From: Patescibacteria group bacterium
Lineage (GTDB): Bacteria > Patescibacteriota > Patescibacteriia > Patescibacteriales > JBAZCA01
Length of the DNA: 64,000 nt
NCBI GenBank assembly: GCA_041661405.1
Contig: JBAZUL010000007.1
Span: 10,222 to 74,221 of the forward strand
Direction: 5' to 3'
Shown: positions 25,621 through 33,904 of the stretch, in pieces
How positions within the stretch are numbered: position 1 is the first letter of the stretch
Layout of the letters: the number at the start of each line of letters is the position of its first letter
The notes under the pieces: generated by a model
What the model was told of the DNA's origin: nothing
Databases searched by the model: none
What the model saw: only the letters and a program-made list of their open reading frames with translations
Made by a program: the position numbers and the translations under genes

Positions 25621-26382
25621 TTAGTTTAGTTTATATTTACCTTTTTGGACGAAACTCAGATAACCTTTATCGCGAAGAAATTGCATTTGTTGCCGGATTT
25701 TGTCTTTTATATGTTGGTTGTTTGGGTGCTTCTTCCTTAATACCTCCGCAAAGGCGTATATCTCGTCTAGCTTGAATTCTTTTTTACCCAATCTGTCAAC
25801 ACAATTCATTACGTCTAAAATCCAGCCTTTAGCCGATTGCTCCTTTTCTTCCCTTAAGAATAAAGTTTTTTGCCAATTATCCAAAACTCTCTGCCTTGAT
25901 TGATGCTCTTGGTTTTTTATATAGAATATTTTTCCGCTTTCAGGAATTTGTTTTAAATCAATACTGCACATAATGTAGTTCGGCCTGTCTTTTAACCCCT
26001 GGTTCCTTTTTACTATAATATCTGGAATAAAAAAATGCTTTGGAATAACCGCAAAATTAATCACTTCATATTTTATTAGCCCATAGTTTAAAAAGAAAAA
26101 ATTTGGGTTATTCTCGCCTTTTAGCCTTTTAAGCATGGTATTGTAAGCCCCATCAGCGATTCTATTACCTGTTTTCTCTTTCTGGCTTTTTAATTCATAT
26201 TCTTCTTTACAGCCGGGACAGTAAAAATCGGCCACTTTTCGGTTATTCTCGTATTGGTTAATATTACTACCGCAAGCCGGACAGAATGATTCTTCTCCAA
26301 CCCAAGTTTCTGTCATTACTCTGATTTTTTGAGAAGTACTTTTATATAGCGCGACTTTTTTTATATCCAAAGTTACCTGCAT
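25621..26382 (-). CDS. DpnI-like (Dam-replacing family) methyl-directed type IIM restriction endonuclease
   Basis: YKSTSQKIRVMTETWV, CPACG...VADFYCPGCKEEYELKSQK (Cys4 plus D...ExK), DGAYNTMLKRL..NNPNFFFL, and a C-terminal winged helix NQHIKDKIRQQMQFLRDKGYL..GKYKL. The similarity to pneumococcal DpnI runs end to end as I recall that sequence. Confidence 0.7.
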   Translation of the reverse strand: MQVTLDIKKVALYKSTSQKIRVMTETWVGEESFCPACGSNINQYENNRKVADFYCPGCKEEYELKSQKEKTGNRIADGAYNTMLKRLKGENNPNFFFLNYGLIKYEVINFAVIPKHFFIPDIIVKRNQGLKDRPNYIMCSIDLKQIPESGKIFYIKNQEHQSRQRVLDNWQKTLFLREEKEQSAKGWILDVMNCVDRLGKKEFKLDEIYAFAEVLRKKHPNNQHIKDKIRQQMQFLRDKGYLSFVQKGKYKLN

Positions 26383-26462
26383 AGATGTAGAAATAAGTCT
26401 TTTTACTGTTCATGAAGCAATTTTATCATCTAGCTATAACAAAATCAACATCAGAATTCTCT

Positions 26463-26497
26463 AAAGACAAAATAAAACAGGACTCTTAATCCTGTTT
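26463..26497 (-). terminator. intrinsic terminator downstream of tRNA-Asp
   Basis: On the minus strand: AAACAGGA-TTAAGAG-TCCTGTTT, then TATTTTGTCTTT. Confidence 0.55.
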
Positions 26498-26513
26498 ACT
26501 TAAAATTCCCAGA

Positions 26514-26590
26514 GCGGAGCGGACGGGGCTCGAACCCGCGACCTCTGCCGTGACAGGGCAGCGCTCTAACCAACTGAGCTACCGCTCCGC
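26514..26590 (-). tRNA. tRNA-Asp (GTC)
   Basis: Reverse complement: GCGGAGCGGTAGCTCAGTTGGTTAGAGCGCTGCCCTGTCACGGCAGAGGTCGCGGGTTCGAGCCCCGTCCGCTCCGC. Anticodon loop CTGTCAC. No encoded CCA. Confidence 0.9.
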
Positions 26591-26634
26591 CCCGGGAATT
26601 TATGATGTTTATTTGTGAATTTTACAAGGCAGGT

Positions 26635-26702
26635 GACCAACTGAGACCCGGCGGCTTTGCGCCTCCGGGACGCCTTGCTCACTCGCTCGGCGCTACCGCT
26701 CC
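26635..26702 (-). pseudogene. tRNA-Asp 5'-half ghost interrupted by a 47-nt insert
   Basis: On the minus strand: GGAGCGGTAG, a 47-nt insert, then CTCAGTTGGTC. Further on comes CCTGCCTTGTAAAATTCAC, compared with the genuine GGAGCGGTAGCTCAGTTGGTTAGAGCGCTGCCCTGTCAC. It lies just 5' of the real tRNA. Confidence 0.5.
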
Positions 26703-26813
26703 AATGCTCCTTAACTCCAGCTTAATGGTTTTAAGCTAAAATTATTTTCCCTTCCAAAAACAAAAATGTCCCCTTTCGGGTTAAAAATATATTAACAAAG
26801 AAAGGGGCAGGAG

Positions 26814-27605
26814 TCAACCGGTTGTTCTCTGTCTAAGGGCTTCGTAGGCGATGACGGCGGCGGAAACTGAGACGTTTAAAGAGTCAATTTTTCCTTTCAT
26901 CGGGACGCGCGCCTTTTCATCGGCCGCGGCGAGCCAGAATTCGGAAAGCCCCTGGTCTTCTGATCCCATTAAAATGGCTGACGGTTTTTTATAATCAATT
27001 TCAGTGTAAACTTTGTCGGCCGCGGGCGTCGTAGCTATGAGGGAGATGTTCTTGTTTTTCAGGAAATCGCGAATTTCTTCTTGCGAACCAATGGCGGTTG
27101 GAACGGTAAAGATCGTTCCCTGGCTCGCGCGGATCGCGTTAGGGCTGTAAATGTCGGTTTTATCGCCGCTTACTAAAACCGCGTCCGCCCTGCAGGCATC
27201 GGCAGTCCGGAGAATAGCGCCGAGGTTGCCGGGTTTTTCTACTGATTCAAGGACAATGATTAGCGGGTTTTTTGAGAGTTTAATTTCTTTAAGTGAAGTT
27301 TCGGTTAAGCGGAGAAGGGCGAAAAGGCCGTCCGGGTTTTCCCGGAAAGAAATTTTTTTGAAGATAGCCGGCGCGATTTCGTATATATCATTGCCGCCGA
27401 TATCAGGCAGGCCGCGGTTCTTTAAAAATTCAGGGCAGTAGAAAAGGGAAGCGATTTTAACGCCAGCCTGGCGGGCAAGGGTAATTTCCCGCAGACCCTC
27501 AACAACGATTAAGCCTTGGGTCTGGCGTTTCTTTTTGCTTGATTTTAGCCTGATAATTTCTTTAATCTTTGGGTTTTCTTGGCTAGTAATAGCGATATTG
27601 GACAT
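26814..27605 (-). CDS. SpoU/TrmH-family RNA 2'-O-methyltransferase
   Basis: The C-terminal SPOUT pattern is VLESVEKPGNLGAILRTADA, LMGSEDQGLS and IDSLNVSVSAAVIAYE. ATG 27605 (MSNIAITS) is preferred over the track start 27674. Confidence 0.8.
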   Translation of the reverse strand: MSNIAITSQENPKIKEIIRLKSSKKKRQTQGLIVVEGLREITLARQAGVKIASLFYCPEFLKNRGLPDIGGNDIYEIAPAIFKKISFRENPDGLFALLRLTETSLKEIKLSKNPLIIVLESVEKPGNLGAILRTADACRADAVLVSGDKTDIYSPNAIRASQGTIFTVPTAIGSQEEIRDFLKNKNISLIATTPAADKVYTEIDYKKPSAILMGSEDQGLSEFWLAAADEKARVPMKGKIDSLNVSVSAAVIAYEALRQRTTG

Positions 27606-27765
27606 ATTTTTTTTAAGATGGGCTTGACAAGGATTTATCACTGTGCTATGATAATCAGTCAACTGAAATGACAAATTTTCGGATAAGAGAGATTAGCTGA
27701 CCGGAAGGTTCGGATATAAGTTCTTATTAAAAATATAAATAAAAATAAAATTTGTTAGTTTAGTT

Positions 27766-27888
27766 AAGGCCGACTTAAGCGGGCCAGGCACGACAAGCAT
27801 GGGGATTTTCACATTACGTTTTCATGGTCTCTGACTGGGAAAATAGTAATGGAAATTTCTTGCCTGCCCGCTCAAGTCGGCCTTTTTG
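27766..27888 (+). other. long closing-helix hairpin element (candidate sRNA, MITE-like element or terminator)
   Basis: AAGGCCGACTTAAGCGGGCCAGGCA (27766-27790) pairs with TGCCTGCCCGCTCAAGTCGGCCTT (27861-27884) around a 70-nt interior. TTTT follows on the plus strand. Confidence 0.5.
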
Positions 27889-28014
27889 TTGGCTTTGATT
27901 ATCAGCTTGTTGGCTCAGAGCCTTGCGTTAAAAAGTTCATTGAATTTTTTGCCCGGATATTTTTCCGGGTTTTTTGTATTACATTGGATGGACGCCGTAA
28001 TTCGGCGAGCGCGT

Positions 28015-30018
28015 TTACGGACTGCCGGTCGGAGTGGTTGTGCCTGAGCTGGCGTCAGCCGGTAGACTGGCAGGAGGATTAGCCGCGCCGTCGGCGTTCG
28101 GGTCCGGAACTGTCGCGTTGTCAGCCGGAATTGTTTCGCTTGCGCCGTCAGCCGGTTCAGCGGGCTTTTCAACGCCTAAAAGACAAACCGCCTGCCAGGG
28201 CCGGTAATGGGAAGAAAATCTTTTTTCTTTTACTTCGCCCGAAGCATAGGTAACCTTGTAATCAAAATAGGCATCCGCCCCGTTATGGGCGCTTTCGGTG
28301 CATTTTTTTTCGCCCGGTTTTAAGTCGGTTGTTTCAATGATTTTCGTCGGGCCGGGTTTTACGATATTGTAAATCGTCGGGTAGGTGGAAGTAGCGGCGC
28401 GGCCGTCATTCGTCCCCCAGTAATCAAAATAGATTATGTCGCCTTCTATCCGGGACTGGATCAGGACATGATGCCCGGTATCGTTTAAAAATTTAAAATC
28501 CGGCGCCGGGTCATAAATCGTCGCGTCAGTCCCGGCCGGCTCGTAATAGGAAACCCGGTAGGAATGGTTAGTCCTCGCCGTAATCGGCAGTCCGGAGGCG
28601 ATAGCTCCGCGGAAAACCGTTGTGCCGATCTGGCAAAGGCCGCCGCCGTATTCGGGAATGGTTTTGTCGCCTTTGATGACGAGCTCGGGCAGATAGCCGG
28701 TTGACTTGTCAATCGCTCCGAGGGTTTTTATGAGGGAAAATTCTTCGCCCGGTTTGATCAGGGTGCCGTTGACGTAGCTGGCGCCGGTTTTAATGTTATG
28801 GCGCCGATTTTTCGGCGAGCCGGCAAAGTTTGATTTTCCGATGCCGATTATTTCATTAATTCCTAAATCATTAACATTGCTTTCTTCTATTTCGCTTTTA
28901 ACCGCTTGCGTTATTAGCTCCGAGCGGCTGTTTTCTTTTAGCGCGAGGCCATATTCAATTTTGGCCAGGCTTTCGGCTACGTTAACCGAGAGACCGTCCC
29001 GGCCGGCCTGGAAGACCGTAACTTTGCCGTTTTCCATATTGAATTTCGCGGTCTGAGCCGGTATTTCAATTTCCGGCAGAATGTTTTTTAAAAAATATTC
29101 CCGGGTTTTTTCTTCGCTTAAACCGGTTTTAATGGCCGGGAGGTCGTTAGGGCATTCTTCCGGATGGGCGAGGCAATAAGGATAGTCTGTTTTTAAATCC
29201 AGCCATCGCGCGAGTTCGTCTTTTTCAATCACCCATTCTTTTTTTTCATAAACGATGGCGAGCGGCGCGAGGCTCAGTATTTTTTTTGCCTGAGATATTA
29301 CGCTACTTTGTTCGGCCGCGGCAAGGTTTATTTCCGGACGCGCGTCTTCATTTATTTTTAATTCCACCGAAGAAAAATTAAGGCGCCTCAAATTGTTTTT
29401 AAAAGCTGACAGGGCTTTTCCGTAATCAATGGTTTTTCCCGGCGCTTCCCCGGTAAGTTGAAATTCGCTGTTTTCATAAGCGAGTCCGGCGTTTTTAGGC
29501 GGGGTTTCCGAGGCCGCGAACCGGGTTTTCAGGAGTTCCAGGATTTTTTCATCATTCACTTCAGCCGCGAGAAAAATCCTTTCCCCGTGAATCGCCGCTG
29601 AAACTATATCCGAAGAATCGGCAAAAAATCCCTTGCCCCGGCCGTAGGAAAAAATGTTTTTTAAAGTCCGGTCTTCGTCAAAGTTAATGAGCGGAATGGC
29701 AAAATCGGCGCTCGCCCCGGGCATGGCCGGGAAGATGGTTTCCTTTTCTTTTCCTAAGTAAAAATCCACCCCTTTATTTTCCAGCTCGTTGATTTTTTTT
29801 CTCAGGACTTCCGAGGCTTCTTCCATTGTAAGGCCGCTTAATTTTTCGGCGCCAAGATAAACTCCGGGGAAGATTTTTCCCTGATAGGTTTTTTGGAAAG
29901 CGAAGACGGCAATCGCGAGGGCGAGGAAGAGAAGGAGCAAGGCGATAAAAAAAACGACTGCCAAATTGAGCAATCTGTTTTGTTTTAATTGTTCCAGTTT
30001 CATAAATAGGCTCTGCAT
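28015..30018 (-). CDS. VanW/YoaR-family protein, membrane-anchored
   Basis: N-terminal TM. VanW core GGLCQIGTTVFRGAIASGLPITARTNHSYRVSYYEPAGTDATIY. Pro/Ala-rich C-terminal tail. Confidence 0.8.
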   Translation of the reverse strand: MQSLFMKLEQLKQNRLLNLAVVFFIALLLLFLALAIAVFAFQKTYQGKIFPGVYLGAEKLSGLTMEEASEVLRKKINELENKGVDFYLGKEKETIFPAMPGASADFAIPLINFDEDRTLKNIFSYGRGKGFFADSSDIVSAAIHGERIFLAAEVNDEKILELLKTRFAASETPPKNAGLAYENSEFQLTGEAPGKTIDYGKALSAFKNNLRRLNFSSVELKINEDARPEINLAAAEQSSVISQAKKILSLAPLAIVYEKKEWVIEKDELARWLDLKTDYPYCLAHPEECPNDLPAIKTGLSEEKTREYFLKNILPEIEIPAQTAKFNMENGKVTVFQAGRDGLSVNVAESLAKIEYGLALKENSRSELITQAVKSEIEESNVNDLGINEIIGIGKSNFAGSPKNRRHNIKTGASYVNGTLIKPGEEFSLIKTLGAIDKSTGYLPELVIKGDKTIPEYGGGLCQIGTTVFRGAIASGLPITARTNHSYRVSYYEPAGTDATIYDPAPDFKFLNDTGHHVLIQSRIEGDIIYFDYWGTNDGRAATSTYPTIYNIVKPGPTKIIETTDLKPGEKKCTESAHNGADAYFDYKVTYASGEVKEKRFSSHYRPWQAVCLLGVEKPAEPADGASETIPADNATVPDPNADGAANPPASLPADASSGTTTPTGSP

Positions 30019-30039
30019 GTGTTTTTGTCCGGATATTGT

Positions 30040-30267
30040 TTAGCCGTTGCCCTCAATATTTAAGATCTCGTTTAAAATGTCTTTGGCCTTTTTTCTTTTT
30101 GCCTCTTCGGCTTCCGGCAGTGATTGAATGTTAAAATTGAGCGCCATCCCTTCATGGGCGTCGGCCGGCAGGAAATTTTTCGGAAAAATAAAGGTTTTCC
30201 GGCCGTCATCAGTAATTAGTACTGCCTTATCTTCCTCAAAGCGGTCTATTGTGAAATTTGTTTCCAT
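30040..30267 (-). CDS. DUF3006-family small protein
   Basis: TIDRFEEDKAVLITDDGRKTFIFPKNFLPADAHEG matches the DUF3006 pattern. 75 aa. Confidence 0.6.
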   Translation of the reverse strand: METNFTIDRFEEDKAVLITDDGRKTFIFPKNFLPADAHEGMALNFNIQSLPEAEEAKRKKAKDILNEILNIEGNG

Positions 30268-30270
30268 GTC

Positions 30271-30765
30271 TTAGAATTTTTCTTTGACTTTGACTGAAAT
30301 TTGCTTGGCGGTTTTGGCTTTAGGGAGAACCAAGGTGAGGATGCCGTTTTCCAGGGTCGCTTCAATCTTGTCGGCTTGGATTTCAACCGGCAGGATTACG
30401 GAGCGCGAAAAATTGCCCCAATAGCATTCGCGGAAAAGGTAATTTTCCTCGGCTACTATTTCTTCCATCTCCCTTTTTCCGCGGATGGTGAGCATATCAT
30501 TGTTAATGGAAATGTCAATGTCATCGGGCTTTACTCCGGCAATGGTGGATTTGACGATTATGTCATTCGGTGTCTGGTAAACGTCAATTGAGAGCTGGCC
30601 TTCTTCAAAATCTTCTTCCAGCCACTCCTCCGGCTGGCTACTACCAATGTTGGTGTTTTCGCCGTTGTCCGCGCCCCAAGGATCTCCGGCATTGTCCTTG
30701 TCGGCGATATTAATGACTTCAATGGAATTATTGAGGCCGGCCAGCCTTTTAAAAATATTTGACAT
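30271..30765 (-). CDS. Hsp20/alpha-crystallin small heat-shock protein
   Basis: Alpha-crystallin domain: SIDVYQTPNDIIVKSTIAGVKPDDIDISINNDMLTIRGKRE...LPVEIQADKIEATLENGILTLVLPK. Confidence 0.85.
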   Translation of the reverse strand: MSNIFKRLAGLNNSIEVINIADKDNAGDPWGADNGENTNIGSSQPEEWLEEDFEEGQLSIDVYQTPNDIIVKSTIAGVKPDDIDISINNDMLTIRGKREMEEIVAEENYLFRECYWGNFSRSVILPVEIQADKIEATLENGILTLVLPKAKTAKQISVKVKEKF

Positions 30766-30903
30766 ATGGCTTAGGAAGTCCGCGGCGGTTTTCCGCGAAA
30801 AAATTATTTTTTAGAGTAATTACTTTACTTATTATATGATGTTTTAGAAATTGAGGCAAGAGGGGCGGGCGGAAAAAAGATTCCTCGCCTTGCGGTTGCT
30901 GGG

Positions 30904-30949
30904 TCCCGCATGCCTTCGGCTGCGGGATAATTCGCTCGCACGCGAATTA
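30904..30949. repeat. dispersed double-hairpin repeat, copy B
   Basis: TCCCGCATGCC-TTC-GGCTGCGGGA, then TAATTCGC-TCGCAC-GCGAATTA. TTGACA (30951-30956) follows immediately, upstream of tRNA-Arg. Confidence 0.7.
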
Positions 30950-31033
30950 ATTGACAAACAGCCTTAAATTTATTAAATTATACAGGAAGAAGCGCGCGCG
31001 TATTGCTGGGCGAAAAGCCCTTTTATTTTTTAC

Positions 31034-31105
31034 GCGCCCATAGTTCAATGGATAGAACACCAGCCTTCTAAGCTGGATATGTTGGTCCGATTCCAACTGG
31101 GCGTA
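31034..31105 (+). tRNA. tRNA-Arg (TCT)
   Basis: GCGCCCATAGTTCAATGGATAGAACACCAGCCTTCTAAGCTGGATATGTTGGTCCGATTCCAACTGGGCGTA. Anticodon loop CTTCTAA. Confidence 0.85.
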
Positions 31106-31151
31106 CAAGGTTGTGGAATGCGTCTAAGTCTATTTAGTATTCAAATGGGTT

Positions 31152-31613
31152 ATGAAAATTTCATTCATCCAGACAGGAGGAACAATTGATAAAGATTATA
31201 AGGCCTGCGAAAAACACCACGGATATAATTTTGAGATTTCAGAACCCGCGGTTAAGCAGGTATTGAAGAAAATGGAGCCGGGGTTTACTTATGAAATATT
31301 ATCCGTATGCAAGAAAGACAGTCTTGATCTAACCGATAGAGACCGGGAAAATATTTATCAGAAATGCGAAGAACTGGATAATGATAAGATAATCATTACG
31401 CACGGGACTGATACGTTAAAAGAGACGGCAAAAAGGTTGAGTTCAATAAAAAATAAAACTATTATTTTGACCGGCGCCATGAAGCCTGAAAAGTTTCAAA
31501 ATTCCGACGCGGAATTCAATATAGGAGTGGCGGTAGGCGCTGCTGGTTTTTTAAAGAATGGGGTTTATATAGCAATAAATGGATTAGTTAAAAGATGGAA
31601 TGATTATAGTTGA
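31152..31613 (+). CDS. stand-alone asparaginase N-terminal-domain protein
   Basis: IQTGGTIDK (Thr nucleophile motif), IITHGTDTL and ILTGAMKP. At 153 aa it is roughly half of a type I asparaginase. Confidence 0.6.
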   Translation: MKISFIQTGGTIDKDYKACEKHHGYNFEISEPAVKQVLKKMEPGFTYEILSVCKKDSLDLTDRDRENIYQKCEELDNDKIIITHGTDTLKETAKRLSSIKNKTIILTGAMKPEKFQNSDAEFNIGVAVGAAGFLKNGVYIAINGLVKRWNDYS

Positions 31614-31625
31614 ATAATTACGCAT

Positions 31626-31697
31626 GGTGGCCATCGTTCAACGGCAGGACAGCGGTTTGTGGTACCGCTAACGAGGGTTCAACTCCCTCTGGCCACC
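31626..31697 (+). tRNA. tRNA-His (GTG)
   Basis: An extra 5' G(-1), then GTGGCCATCGTTCAACGGCAGGACAGCGGTTTGTGGTACCGCTAACGAGGGTTCAACTCCCTCTGGCCACC. Anticodon loop TTGTGGT. Confidence 0.85.
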
Positions 31698-31717
31698 CAA
31701 AGTATTAACTAAAAAAT

Positions 31718-31740
31718 GAGGCTTAATAGCCTCGTTTTTT
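31718..31740 (+). terminator. intrinsic terminator after tRNA-His
   Basis: GAGGC-TTAATA-GCCTC, then GTTTTTT, with an A-run upstream. Confidence 0.5.
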
Positions 31741-31861
31741 GTTGTTAGAAACATTAAAGAAATTCTGTCTATTTTGTGATATAATTAAATTATACAAGGA
31801 ATTTCCTTTACTGATGGAGTTGATTTAACCGGACTTTAATTTTAGCTAATTAAATAATTTT

Positions 31862-32347
31862 ATGCGTATAAATAATTTTTTCAAATTGGTCATAGCGGTT
31901 GGGGTATCGCAAATGGCCGGCGTTATCGGCGCGTTATTTACGACTCCGTCCATTGACGGCTGGTACGCGGGGATCGTGAAGCCTGCTTTTAATCCTCCGG
32001 CCTGGATTTTCGGGCCGGTCTGGACAACACTTTTTGCGCTTATGGGCATCGCCGCGCTCCTGGTCTGGAAGAAGGGATTGGAGCGCAGAGACGTAAAAAT
32101 CGCGCTTGGCGTATTTATCGGTCAGTTGGCTTTAAACACGCTTTGGTCAATTATCTTTTTCGGATTGCATAGTCCCGGCGGAGCGTTAATTGAGATTATT
32201 TTTCTCTGGCTGGCCATTTTGGCCACCATCATCGCATTTGCAAAAATATCTCGTCCGGCTATGTGGCTCCTTTTGCCATACATCCTTTGGGTAAGTTTTG
32301 CCGGGTATCTTAATTACGCCATTTGGGCATTAAATTATATAAAATAA
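31862..32347 (+). CDS. tspO: TspO/MBR tryptophan-rich sensory protein
   Basis: FNPPAWIFGPVWTTLFALMGIA, and WSIIFFGLHSP...LLPYILWVSFAGYLNYAIW. 161 aa with 5 TM helices. Confidence 0.85.
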   Translation: MRINNFFKLVIAVGVSQMAGVIGALFTTPSIDGWYAGIVKPAFNPPAWIFGPVWTTLFALMGIAALLVWKKGLERRDVKIALGVFIGQLALNTLWSIIFFGLHSPGGALIEIIFLWLAILATIIAFAKISRPAMWLLLPYILWVSFAGYLNYAIWALNYIK

Positions 32348-32377
32348 AAGTGCGCGAGTGTCTTTCACATATTTAAT

Positions 32378-33373
32378 ATGATTTTTGAATATCAATCAAA
32401 AAACAAAAAGATTTTACTTATTGCCTCGCTTGCAGTTTTGGCGATTGGTTTTTTAGCATTTATGTATTCGCCGGTCTTGTTTCAGGAAGGCAATCCTTGG
32501 CCGGAAATTAAAGGAATAGTCCAATTAAAATTTAATGGTAAAGACATAGTACAGTTGTCTGGTTCGGATAATAAATTTATGACCGAAAGCAAAAATGGGA
32601 CTACGATACATGATTTTATGAAAGATAGAGGTTATGAATTTACTGGACAAATGGGCTCAGGTTATTTTTTTGAGTCTGCAACAGGACAAAGTGCCATTGC
32701 TACTCATAAATACTATAGTCGCTATTATTCGCTTTGGATTATTACTGAAAACGACAATAATTTATGGACGACAACTACTGATGCTCGGGGCGTAACATTT
32801 CAATATCCCAAAGAATTGCTGGCAAAATATGTGAGCGTTGTGGAATGGCCACCGGTTATAAAAATTGAGACTGGAACATATTCTTGCCAAGCCACACCAC
32901 AGGAAATAAGCAGTATGTCGGATATCACTTCGGAGAGGTTGGTTGATAATAGAACTTATTGCGTTAATGTAAAAAATGAAGGTGCGGCCGGCAGTGTCTA
33001 TTCATCCTATATTTACACCACCGCCAAGAACGGCAAGCTTGTTAATGTCAGTTTTACTCTACAATATCCTAATTGCAATAACTACGACGAGGGACAAAGC
33101 CAAGCTTGTACCAGCGAAAGAGAAGCTTTTGACATAGATAGCACCGTTGATCGTATCGTTCAAAGCGTAGTTGCTAAACAAGAACAAAAAACTCTTGCTG
33201 AAGAATTAAGAGACTGTCTGCCTAAAAGTGATACTGCCAGTCACGAAAAATGCAACGAATTATTAAAACAGATAACAGATTACGATTCTTGTATTAATGC
33301 CGGCTTTGCTATAATGAAATCAAACCCTCCCCAATGCGCCACGCCGGATGGTCGGACTTTTATAGAAAATTAA
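32378..33373 (+). CDS. hypothetical membrane-anchored/secreted protein
   Basis: N-terminal TM, then a 300-aa soluble part with scattered Cys (C..C pairs in the C-terminal 60 aa). No family recognised. Confidence 0.55.
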   Translation: MIFEYQSKNKKILLIASLAVLAIGFLAFMYSPVLFQEGNPWPEIKGIVQLKFNGKDIVQLSGSDNKFMTESKNGTTIHDFMKDRGYEFTGQMGSGYFFESATGQSAIATHKYYSRYYSLWIITENDNNLWTTTTDARGVTFQYPKELLAKYVSVVEWPPVIKIETGTYSCQATPQEISSMSDITSERLVDNRTYCVNVKNEGAAGSVYSSYIYTTAKNGKLVNVSFTLQYPNCNNYDEGQSQACTSEREAFDIDSTVDRIVQSVVAKQEQKTLAEELRDCLPKSDTASHEKCNELLKQITDYDSCINAGFAIMKSNPPQCATPDGRTFIEN

Positions 33374-33388
33374 AAATAATCAAAAAAT

Positions 33389-33730
33389 ATGAAAGCAATC
33401 AAATGGACAGCTAGAATATTGGCATTATGCATTTTAATTTTCGCTCTGCCATTTTATTTTGGCTACGGCAATCCGTTGCCATTTGCCAAGCCCGATTACT
33501 CTTTATGGGAAAATGTCGCGCTGGCTATGATGCCACTGGTTTTTATCGGTTTAGCTTTGGGTTGGAAATATCCCAAGGTCGCCGGTTGGTTGATAATCAT
33601 ATCAATCGCAATCGGATTAATTGTCGGACTTTTAACTGAAGCAAATCTTAGTATTAACTTAGCCGTTCCTCTTATTCCGGGAATCTTGTATTTGATAGAT
33701 GGATATAAAAGACAAGTCAAAAGCAATTAA
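33389..33730 (+). CDS. hypothetical small membrane protein
   Basis: 113 aa with 4 predicted TM helices. No family recognised. Confidence 0.5.
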   Translation: MKAIKWTARILALCILIFALPFYFGYGNPLPFAKPDYSLWENVALAMMPLVFIGLALGWKYPKVAGWLIIISIAIGLIVGLLTEANLSINLAVPLIPGILYLIDGYKRQVKSN

Positions 33731-33904
33731 ATTATTTCTTCAAATTGGCCATAGCGGTCGGGGTATCTCAAATGGCTGGCTATTCTCGCAACCATTGTCA
33801 TGTTTTCTAAAATTTCAAAACCGGCCGCCTGGTTGCTTTTACCATATATTCTCTGGGTGAGTTTTGCCGGTTTTTTAAACTATTCAATTTGGCGGCTAAA
33901 CTAA
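33731..33904 (+). pseudogene. tspO: tspO remnant with a large internal out-of-frame deletion
   Basis: 33731-33780 is about 90% identical to 31870-31920 (NYFFKLAIAVGVSQMAG). 33781-33904 matches the 3' end of tspO (AILATIVMFSKISKPAAWLLLPYILWVSFAGFLNYSIWRLN*) in a different frame. There is no ATG. The junction lies at TGGCTGGC. Confidence 0.75.

Larger units (their letters stand above)
23645..26534. mobile_element. integrase-less genomic islet at the 3' end of tRNA-Asp, bounded by a 21-bp direct repeat
   Basis: GCGGAGCGGACGGGGCTCGAA occurs at 23645-23665 and again at 26514-26534 (the tRNA 3' end). The interior carries defence-type genes. No integrase ORF is seen. Confidence 0.65.

Noticed and set aside
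23645-26534. Search for an integrase or recombinase associated with the tRNA-Asp direct repeats
   Set aside because: No ORF inside or adjacent to the islet shows tyrosine- or serine-recombinase motifs. The element is therefore reported as an integrase-less remnant rather than an active integrative element.
27849-28082. 77-aa plus-strand ORF between the SpoU-family gene and the VanW-family gene
   Set aside because: It starts inside the long hairpin element and runs antisense into the 3' end of the VanW-family gene. It has no RBS and no recognisable family.
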